From Myxococcota bacterium (GTDB lineage Bacteria > Myxococcota_A > UBA796 > CAJQPC01), in the NCBI GenBank assembly GCA_036012755.1, contig DASCPX010000190.1:1-64000 (forward strand): 64,000 bases of DNA, read 5' to 3'. The notes below the pieces were generated by a model, which worked only from the letters and a program-made list of their open reading frames with translations, did not search any database and had not been told where the DNA came from. A program made the position numbers and the translations under genes. Positions 56,748 to 64,000 of this stretch are shown here, one piece after another; the first letter of the stretch is position 1; every line of letters begins with the position of its first letter.

Positions 56748-57953
56748 TCATGCGACGACGCCCGAGCTGCGCAGGGCTGCGGTCTCTTCGGGCCCGAGGC
56801 CGGCCTCTGCGAGGAGCGCGTCGCTGTGCTCCCCGTATGCCGGACAGAAGGGCAGGTTGCCCGAGATCGAGCTGAGGTGCTCGGTGTCGACCGCGGCTGG
56901 AGGAAGGCGCACGACGCGGCCGTCGGGGGCGACGGTGCGGAGACCGTCCCGAGCGACGAAGGGCAGGTCCATGACCCGGTCCACCGGAGTGATCGGGGCA
57001 TGGGGGACCGCCGCCCGGCGCAAGGACTCGGCGACGCGCCCGGCGGGGTGGGACCGGGTCAGCCCGCCGATGAGGGCGTGGAGCTCGGCCTTGTCCGCCC
57101 GACGGCCCTCGTTGCTGGAGAAGCGTCCCTGGTCCAGCGAAGAGAACAGCGGCTCCGCCACCAGGCGAGCCCACTGGGCGTCGCTGCCGATGGCCATGTA
57201 GATGTGGCCGTCAGCGGTCGGGTAGGCGTTCACCGGGATGAACTGGCGGTGCTCGTTGCCCGAGCGACGCAGCTCCTCGGGCGGGCTGTCCATGTCGAGC
57301 ATGGGCAGGAAGGTGTGGAGCCAGGACACGGCCGCCCGGCCCATGGACACGTCGATGCAGGCCCCCTCGCCGGTGCGCTCACGCTGCCAGAGGGCCAGCG
57401 CCACCTGGGTGAAGGCCTCGTCCCCGGCCTTCAGGTCGATCAGCGGCGGCCCGCACTGAGTCGGCGGCCCGTCCGCGGGCCCCGTGAGGTCCATGTAGCC
57501 GCAGAGGGCCTGGAGCACGGGGTCGTAGCCAGGCGTGTCGGGCTCCGCGAGCCCCATCGCAGAGATGCAGCACCAGACGAGGTCCTCGCGCGCCTGGCGC
57601 AGGGTCGCGTAGTCGATGCCCAGCTTCTGGTGGCGCGAGGGCATCGTGTTGGTGCAGAAGACGTCGACGCCGAGCTCGGTGATCAGCCGCTGCAGCACAG
57701 CCTGGCCCTCTGCGCTCTTGAGATCGATGGCGATGGCCTCCTTCCCGGCGTTGGGGGCGACGAAGTAGCTGTGGCGGTCAGCCCCGGCGACCGGCCGGCC
57801 GATGGAGCGGTTGGGGTCGCCCATCGAGCGACGTCCTGGGACCGGGGTGGGCTCGACCCGGATGACCCGCCAGCCCATGTGCACCATGCGCAGGGTGGCG
57901 TAGGACATCGACAGGGCCTGCTCGAGGCTCAGGACGACGGGGCGCTCGCTCAT
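56748..57953 (-). CDS. class III (CaiB/BaiF) CoA transferase
   Basis: G..VIRVE, GDP.R, NAGK..I.IDLK, GYDP.LQA..G.M..TG, catalytic D in PLIDLKAG. Confidence 0.92.
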   Translation of the reverse strand: MSERPVVLSLEQALSMSYATLRMVHMGWRVIRVEPTPVPGRRSMGDPNRSIGRPVAGADRHSYFVAPNAGKEAIAIDLKSAEGQAVLQRLITELGVDVFCTNTMPSRHQKLGIDYATLRQAREDLVWCCISAMGLAEPDTPGYDPVLQALCGYMDLTGPADGPPTQCGPPLIDLKAGDEAFTQVALALWQRERTGEGACIDVSMGRAAVSWLHTFLPMLDMDSPPEELRRSGNEHRQFIPVNAYPTADGHIYMAIGSDAQWARLVAEPLFSSLDQGRFSSNEGRRADKAELHALIGGLTRSHPAGRVAESLRRAAVPHAPITPVDRVMDLPFVARDGLRTVAPDGRVVRLPPAAVDTEHLSSISGNLPFCPAYGEHSDALLAEAGLGPEETAALRSSGVVA

Positions 57954-59551
57954 CAAAACCTGACCGGTTCTCGGTACTTGCCGAAGACCGACTGGAGCGC
58001 TCCGCAGACCTCGCCCACGGTGGCGTAGGCCTCGACCGCGTCGATGATGGCGGGCATGGTGTTGGCTCCGGAGGAGGCGGCCTCTTCCACGGCGGCGAGC
58101 CTGCGCGCCACGGCCTCGTCGTCTCGCTCGCTGCGGACCTTGGCCAGCCGGGACCGCTGCTTGTCGGCCTCTTCCTCGCGGTAGGGGTGGAACTCGACCT
58201 CTGGCTCGTCCTCGACCTCCTGGTGGCAGTTGACGCCGACCTTCTTGAGCTCGCCGGTGCCGAACTGGAGCTCGCGCTGGTAGGCGCTGGCGTTGACGGC
58301 GGCCTGGACCTCGCCGCTGGCCACGCCGGCGACGATGCCGCCAGCGGCCTCGAGCTCGTCGATGTGGCGCAGGATCAGCGCCTCCATCTGGTTCGTGGTG
58401 GTCTCGACGAACCAGGATCCAGCGAGGGGATCGACCGTGTCGCAGAGGCCGATCTCGTTGATCAGGATCTGCTGGGTGCGCAGGGACAGCCGGGCGGCCT
58501 GTTCGGAGGGGATGGTGTAGGCCTCGTCGTAGCTGCACAGGGCCATGGTCTGGGTGCCGGACAGGGCGCTGGTCATGGCGTAGTAGGCGCCGCGGACGAT
58601 GTTGTTGTGAGGCTGCTGGATGGTCAGGCCACCGCCGCCACCGCCAGCGATCATGCGCAGCCGCATGGCCTTCGGATCCGTGACGCCGTAGCGCTCGCGC
58701 AAGAGCCGGGCCCAGAGGCGACGACCCGCGCGGAACTTCGCCACCTGCTCCCAGAGGTTGCCGAAGATGTCGAAGTTGAAGGTCAGGCCGCCAGCGCAGC
58801 GGTTCGCGTCCAGCCCCCGGTCGAGCGCTCGCTGGAGGTAGGCGCAAGCGATCGACAGGCCGTAGGCCATCTCCTGGGCGGCGTTCGCCCCGGACTCACG
58901 GATGTGGTAGCCGCAGACGCTGACCGGGCTGTACTTGGGGGCGTTGTCCGCGCAGAACTCCATGGTGTCGACCACCAGCCGGACCGAGTCCTCGACAGGG
59001 AAGATCCAGGTCCCGCGGCCGATGAACTCCTTGAGGATGTCGTTCTGGGCGGTGCCGCGCAGCCTGGCGAGGTCGTAGCCGCGCTTGCGGGCCATCGCGA
59101 AGTACATCGCCATGATGGCGCTGGCCGAGCCGTTGATGGTCAACGACACCGTGATCGCGTCCAGATCGATGCCGGCGAAGGCCTCTTCCATGTCGGCGAG
59201 GGTGTCCACCGCCATGCCTACGCGGCCGACCTCGCCCCGAGCCATGGGGTGATCCGAGTCCAACCCGCACTGGGTGGGCAGGTCGAAGGCGACGTTGAGG
59301 CCCGTGTTGCCGTGCTCGAGCAGGTAGAGGAAGCGCTCGTGGGTCTCTGCGGCGGTGCCGAAGCCGGAGTACTGGCGGATGGTCCAGGGACGGGCCCGGT
59401 ACATGTGGCGGTGGATGCCGCGGGTGAAGGGGTACTCGCCAGGTTCGCCGACACCCTCGAAGCCGCCGCTGTCCTCGACATCCGAGGCGTCGTAGATGGG
59501 CTGGATCTCCAGGCCGCACTCCCACTTCAGGGGCTCGATCTTCTTGCTCAC
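57953..59551 (-). CDS. B12-dependent acyl-CoA mutase, substrate-binding subunit
   Basis: [48 protein letters not shown]. Confidence 0.95.
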   Translation of the reverse strand: MSKKIEPLKWECGLEIQPIYDASDVEDSGGFEGVGEPGEYPFTRGIHRHMYRARPWTIRQYSGFGTAAETHERFLYLLEHGNTGLNVAFDLPTQCGLDSDHPMARGEVGRVGMAVDTLADMEEAFAGIDLDAITVSLTINGSASAIMAMYFAMARKRGYDLARLRGTAQNDILKEFIGRGTWIFPVEDSVRLVVDTMEFCADNAPKYSPVSVCGYHIRESGANAAQEMAYGLSIACAYLQRALDRGLDANRCAGGLTFNFDIFGNLWEQVAKFRAGRRLWARLLRERYGVTDPKAMRLRMIAGGGGGGLTIQQPHNNIVRGAYYAMTSALSGTQTMALCSYDEAYTIPSEQAARLSLRTQQILINEIGLCDTVDPLAGSWFVETTTNQMEALILRHIDELEAAGGIVAGVASGEVQAAVNASAYQRELQFGTGELKKVGVNCHQEVEDEPEVEFHPYREEEADKQRSRLAKVRSERDDEAVARRLAAVEEAASSGANTMPAIIDAVEAYATVGEVCGALQSVFGKYREPVRF

Positions 59552-59946
59552 GAGGCCACCTCCTCGAGGATGAAGGCCACTATCTGCTCGAAGTCGGAGC
59601 CGGTCGGGAAGACCCCTGCGACACCCAGCGCCTCCAGCGCCGCGAAGTCCCGGCGGGGCACGTTGCCGCCGACGATCCAGACCAGCTCGCCCAACAGTCC
59701 CCTGGCCTGGAGCTCCTGGCGCACCCCCTCGCAGAGCGGCAGGTGAGCCCCCGACAGCACCGACAGCCCGAGCACGTGCACCCTCTGCTGTGCGGCCGCA
59801 GCCGCGATGTCCTGGGGGGACTGGCGGAGACCGCTGTAGGTGACCTCCATGCCGGCGTCCATCAGGGCCCGGCAGAGCACCTTCGCGCCAACGTCGTGGC
59901 CGTCGAGGCCAGGCTTGGCGATGAGGACGCGGATGGACTCGCTCAT
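59548..59946 (-). CDS. cobalamin-binding small subunit of the mutase
   Basis: KPGLDGHDVGAK (DxHxxG), GLSVLSGAH. Confidence 0.95.
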   Translation of the reverse strand: MSESIRVLIAKPGLDGHDVGAKVLCRALMDAGMEVTYSGLRQSPQDIAAAAAQQRVHVLGLSVLSGAHLPLCEGVRQELQARGLLGELVWIVGGNVPRRDFAALEALGVAGVFPTGSDFEQIVAFILEEVAS

Positions 59947-61061
59947 TTTCCCAGTCCCTTGGCGATGTTGACCCGAAGGATCTCGGAGGTGCCGCCCCCG
60001 ATGAGGGTGAAGCGGATGTCCCGCAGGTAGCGCTCAACCGGGTATTCCGTCGCGTAGCCGTAGGAGGCCATGACCCGCGCGGCCTTGTCGCAGACCCGCA
60101 GGGCGGCCTCGGAGACGAAGAGCTTGGCCATGGAGGCCTCCTGGGCGTTTTGCAGGCCCTGGTCGCTGCGCCACGCGGCCCAGCGCACCATCTGGCGAGC
60201 GGCCGCGAGGTCGACGGCCATGTCCGCGAGGTGAGCCTGCACCGCCTGGAAGCGGTTGATTGGGCGCCCGAACTGCTGGCGCTCGGAGGCATAGCGGCGC
60301 GCCGCGTCGAAGGCGGCCTGCCCACAGCCCAGGGCCAGAGCAGCGGTCATCACGCGGACCTCGGCGAGCAGATCCCGCAGGTAGGTCGTGCCCTTGTCCT
60401 GCTCTCCGAGCATGCAGGTGGCGGGGGTCTCGGAGAAGCAGACCTCTGAGGTGACCGACGCGCGCACACCCATCTTGTCGATGCTGCGCCCGACCTGGAG
60501 TCCGGGGGCCCCCTTCTCGACGAGGAAGATGCTCAGCGAGCGCTCCCCAGTGCGCGCGAAGACGGTGAAGAGGTCAGCGACCGGGGCCGAGGTGATCCAC
60601 GTCTTCTGACCGTCGAGCACCCAGGTGTCGCCTCGCAGCTCGGCCGAGGTCTTCATCGAGAAGAGATCGCTGCCCGAGTCCGGCTCGGTCATGCAGACGG
60701 TGCCGAGGAGATCCCCCGCCACGCAGCCCGGAACGAGCCGCTCGCGCAGCTCGCCGGTGGTGAAGCGATGGACGAAGGTGGTGCCCATCAGCGACTGCAT
60801 CGCGCATGCAGCGGCCACGGCCAGGCTGCCCCGAGCGAGCTCCTCGGTCGCCAGGGCATAGGACAGCACGTCCATGCCGGTGCCATCCGGCTCCGGGTAG
60901 CGCATGCCGAAGTAGCCCAGCTCGCCGACCTCGCGCATCAGATCCCGGGGGAAGTCGGCCTTCTTGTCCAGCTCCTCGGCGATGGGGGCGATGCGGGCAT
61001 CAGAGAACCCGGCGAAGGTCTCCTGGACGGCCTGCTGGATCTCGCTCAGCTCGAAGTTCAT
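59943..61061 (-). CDS. acyl-CoA dehydrogenase
   Basis: MTEPDSGSD, GQKTWIT, RQQFGRPI, IGGGTSEI. Confidence 0.95.
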   Translation of the reverse strand: MNFELSEIQQAVQETFAGFSDARIAPIAEELDKKADFPRDLMREVGELGYFGMRYPEPDGTGMDVLSYALATEELARGSLAVAAACAMQSLMGTTFVHRFTTGELRERLVPGCVAGDLLGTVCMTEPDSGSDLFSMKTSAELRGDTWVLDGQKTWITSAPVADLFTVFARTGERSLSIFLVEKGAPGLQVGRSIDKMGVRASVTSEVCFSETPATCMLGEQDKGTTYLRDLLAEVRVMTAALALGCGQAAFDAARRYASERQQFGRPINRFQAVQAHLADMAVDLAAARQMVRWAAWRSDQGLQNAQEASMAKLFVSEAALRVCDKAARVMASYGYATEYPVERYLRDIRFTLIGGGTSEILRVNIAKGLGK

Positions 61062-62794
61062 CGCGACCTCAGCTCATGAGTCTCGGCGTCGTCGAGCGAC
61101 AGCGACTCCGGGTCGATGACCACGCCGTAGTGCTCGCGGGCAGCCTCCACCGAGATGATGCCGTCGAGCACCTCCTGGTGGACACGGGCAGCGGGCCGCA
61201 GTCGCGGGTCCCCGTAGCCGCCTCCGCCTCCGGCCTCCTGCACGTACAGCGTGTCCTTCGGGATGCCGGTCAGCAGATCCTTGCTGGTGGGCACGAGCAG
61301 GCTGCCGTCGGGCAGGTGGAGCTCGATCGAATTCAGCGTGCCCTCCCCACCCCCGTAGAGCCCGAAGGCCGGCTCGACGTCCCCGTCTCCGAAGGTGACG
61401 ATCTGGGTGTCGTCGCTGCCCACGAGGTAGCGGGTCTTGACCCCGAGGCCGCCCCGGAACTGGCCCGGGCCCGCCGAGTCCTGCAGGTACTCGTGCTCGA
61501 GCAGCCGGTGGGGCGTCATCTGCTCGAACATCTCGTAGTCCTGGTCCAAGATGCCGCCGGAGGCGTCGATCATGCCGATGTGGTCGTAGCCGTCGGTGTC
61601 GTCGGTGGCGCCGCTGCCACCCTTGAGCCCCATGAAGAGGATGTCGACGTAGGCGTCGTCTCGGTGGGGGTGGTGACCCGTGGAGAGCGAGCAGAGCAGG
61701 TTGTTCCACCCGGCGGTGACCCGGTGGGGGATGACCGGCGCCAGCGCTCGGATGATGGCGTCGGCGTTGGGCGGACAGAGGTGGTTCCCGAAGGTCGTCG
61801 CGGCCGGGTAGGCGGCGTTGAGGATGGTGCCCTCCGGGATGATCATCTCGATGGGCTGGACCATGCCGTCGTTGTGGGGGATGTCCGGGTTCACCATCTG
61901 GAGAAAGGTCAGGATCGTCGCGGAGGCCGACGAGGTGAAGGTGCCGTTGACGAAGCCGTTGGTCTGGCCGTCCGTGTCGCTGTAGTCGAAGGTGATGCGC
62001 TCGTCCTCGACCCGCACCTCGACCCGGATCGTGTACTCGGAGCCAGGGTTCTTGCCGTCGAAGTAGACCTTGCCCTCGCCCCGGTAGCTGCCGTTGGGGA
62101 TGCTCCGGATCTCGGCCTGCATCATCTTGCGAGCCGCAGTGAACAGCGCCAGCTTGTGGGACTCGAAGACCTCGAGCCCGTACTTGTCGATCAGCGAGAT
62201 CAGGCGTCGCTCGCCGACCGTGCAGGCACCGATCTCGGCCCGCATGTCCTCTTGCACGATGTCCAGGCGGATGTTGGCGAAGATGAGGTCCCAGACGTCC
62301 TCGCGCAGCTCTCCGCGCTCGTAGACCTTCACCGCGGGGATGCGCAGAGCCTCCTGCCAGACCTCTGTGGCGTTGGGGTTGTAGCCCCCACGCACGTTGC
62401 CGCCGATGTCGGCCATGTGGCCCTTCGCCGCCGACCAGCCCACCAGGGTGTCGCCGCGGAATATGGGCTTGAAGCAGGCGACGTCGTTGTTCTGGTTGCC
62501 CAGCGTGAAGACGTCGTTGTGGAAGAAGACGTCTCCCGGGTAGATGCGGCCGGCGAACTTCTTCGCGATGAACTGGCAGACCGGGGACAGGGAGAAGCTC
62601 AGGATGGGCAGGTTCTCGGTCTGCTCCAGCATGCGGCCTTCGGCGTCGTAGAGCCCGGTCACGAAGTCCTTTGCTTCGCAGAGGATCGGCGAGCGGGTCG
62701 TCTTCTGCATCGTCAGGCTCATCTCGTCGGTGATGGCCTTCAGGGCTCGACCCAGGATGGCGACGAGGATCTTGTCGATGACGGGCTCAGGCAT
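61058..62794 (-). CDS. hydantoinase B/oxoprolinase family subunit
   Basis: EM...T.RSP...E..DF, PGDVF..ND, H.ADIGG, DSAGPGQFRGGLG, GGGGGYGDP. Confidence 0.93.
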   Translation of the reverse strand: MPEPVIDKILVAILGRALKAITDEMSLTMQKTTRSPILCEAKDFVTGLYDAEGRMLEQTENLPILSFSLSPVCQFIAKKFAGRIYPGDVFFHNDVFTLGNQNNDVACFKPIFRGDTLVGWSAAKGHMADIGGNVRGGYNPNATEVWQEALRIPAVKVYERGELREDVWDLIFANIRLDIVQEDMRAEIGACTVGERRLISLIDKYGLEVFESHKLALFTAARKMMQAEIRSIPNGSYRGEGKVYFDGKNPGSEYTIRVEVRVEDERITFDYSDTDGQTNGFVNGTFTSSASATILTFLQMVNPDIPHNDGMVQPIEMIIPEGTILNAAYPAATTFGNHLCPPNADAIIRALAPVIPHRVTAGWNNLLCSLSTGHHPHRDDAYVDILFMGLKGGSGATDDTDGYDHIGMIDASGGILDQDYEMFEQMTPHRLLEHEYLQDSAGPGQFRGGLGVKTRYLVGSDDTQIVTFGDGDVEPAFGLYGGGEGTLNSIELHLPDGSLLVPTSKDLLTGIPKDTLYVQEAGGGGGYGDPRLRPAARVHQEVLDGIISVEAAREHYGVVIDPESLSLDDAETHELRSR

Positions 62795-64000
62795 GGTCCG
62801 CCTCCCGGAGTGTGAGCACCACGCTGCCGAGGGTATCGACCCGGGCGTCGTAGGCGGCGCTGACGAAGATGGTGGTGTCGACCCGCTCGATGAGAGCCGG
62901 CCCTTCCAGGGCGTTGCCTGCCTTCAGGGCGTGACCGTCGTAGACCGGCACTGGCTCGAAGGCAGAGCGCTCGGGCACCCAGGCTCGGCGGCGGGTCTTC
63001 AGGGCCGAGCTGGCGTCCGGGCCCCCTCGTGACAGCCGAGGCAGGTCGATTCGCTGGGTGCGACCGATGCAGCGCACGCGCAGGTTGATGAGCTCCAGCG
63101 GCGTGCCGGCGTCGGCGAGGTCGTAGCCGTAGAGGCGGTCGTGGGCGGCATGGAAGGCCCCGGCCATCGCCGCAGTGTCCCCCGCCGCGAGCGCCTGCCG
63201 AGCGATGCCGACGGAGACCTCGTGGTACTGCTTGAGGTAGCGCACGTCCAGGCTCACCTGGTGCTCGATCTGCTCGGCGCCTTCGAGCCGGAGCTGGGCC
63301 TCTCCTTCTGCGGCGAGCTCCTCGACCATGCCGGCGAGCACGCCCGGCTCGAAGCCCTCGAGGGGGCCCACGCAGGAGCGCACGAAGTCGTGCTGCAGGT
63401 CGGACAGCAACATGCCGGTGGCGCACAACGTCGAGGCCGTGCGCGGCACGATGAGGGTGGGGATCTCGAGCTCGGCGGCGATGGCGCAGGCGTGGAGCGC
63501 GCCGGCCCCGCCAGCCACGACCATCGGGAACTCCCGGGGGTCGAGGCCGCGCTTGATGGTGATCTCGCGCACGCCGTGGGCCATGTTCGAGTTGATGACG
63601 GCGTACATGCCGGCGGCGGCCTGCTCGACGTCGAGGCCGAGGGGGTCGGCCACGTGCTCGGCGATGGCGGCGCGGGCTTTGTCCACGTCCAGGGGCAGCT
63701 TGCCGCCGGCGAACCAGGCGGGGTCGAGGTAGCCGAGCACGAGGTCGGCGTCGGTGCAGGCGGGGCGCGTGCCACCGCGGCCGTAGCAGGCCGGTCCTGG
63801 CAGGGCTCCGGCAGACTCCGGGCCCATGCGCATGAGGCCGCCGGCGTCGATCCAGCCGACAGAGCCTCCACCAGCGCCGATGGTGGCGATCTCGAGCATC
63901 GGCAGGGCGATGCGCAGGCGGTCGATCTGACCTTCGCTGCTCAGGGAGGCGGCGCCGTCGCGCACCAGCGAGGCGTCGAAGCTCGTGCCGCCCATGTCCA
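62787..64000 (-). CDS. hydantoinase A/oxoprolinase family ATP-binding subunit (5' end outside window)
   Basis: DMGGTSFD, IGAGGGS, GPESAGA.PGPACY, TDAD.VLG, GGAG.LH. Confidence 0.93.
   Translation of the reverse strand, partial: DMGGTSFDASLVRDGAASLSSEGQIDRLRIALPMLEIATIGAGGGSVGWIDAGGLMRMGPESAGALPGPACYGRGGTRPACTDADLVLGYLDPAWFAGGKLPLDVDKARAAIAEHVADPLGLDVEQAAAGMYAVINSNMAHGVREITIKRGLDPREFPMVVAGGAGALHACAIAAELEIPTLIVPRTASTLCATGMLLSDLQHDFVRSCVGPLEGFEPGVLAGMVEELAAEGEAQLRLEGAEQIEHQVSLDVRYLKQYHEVSVGIARQALAAGDTAAMAGAFHAAHDRLYGYDLADAGTPLELINLRVRCIGRTQRIDLPRLSRGGPDASSALKTRRRAWVPERSAFEPVPVYDGHALKAGNALEGPALIERVDTTIFVSAAYDARVDTLGSVVLTLREADHA

Noticed and set aside
1..64000. tRNA/rRNA genes, prophage or known defence systems
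   Set aside because: No recognisable signatures seen

Overview
High-GC bacterial DNA, gene-dense, with many lipoproteins and c-type cytochromes; a Myxococcota/deltaproteobacterial origin is inferred. From left to right: (1) the left end of an IS630-like element, a WGR-ankyrin-WGR-beta-helix protein, small ORFans, a 51-bp palindromic tandem repeat and a decayed VOC/GST chimera. (2) A ~24-kb envelope-redox locus (7.3-31.5 kb) bracketed by DUF4266+TlpA and DUF3570. It encodes a monoheme cytochrome-porin fusion, a diheme cytochrome, a split Rieske/cytochrome b complex with an octaheme cytochrome, a putative Cu protein and a polyferredoxin, plus a six-gene operon joining a multiheme lipoprotein to three glycosyltransferases and a DUF2064-radical SAM/SPASM fusion. 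(3) Mixed accessory genes: C69-DoxX fusion, DUF2269, TetR, lipase, two pseudogenes, an AttH/CrtC-like protein, and a TetR-DUF2249x2/hemerythrin module with a palindromic operator. (4) A bacterial alpha-2-macroglobulin and an aminotransferase. (5) A second palindromic repeat cluster, then a nine-gene catabolic operon (hydantoinase A/B, acyl-CoA dehydrogenase, split B12 mutase with a poly-Gly active-site strand, class III CoA transferase, Mo hydroxylase) matching the logic of the anaerobic indole-3-acetate (iaa) pathway. Across the window, many exported proteins have very short signal peptides with no basic residues. All family calls come from motif recognition by eye; no searches were run.
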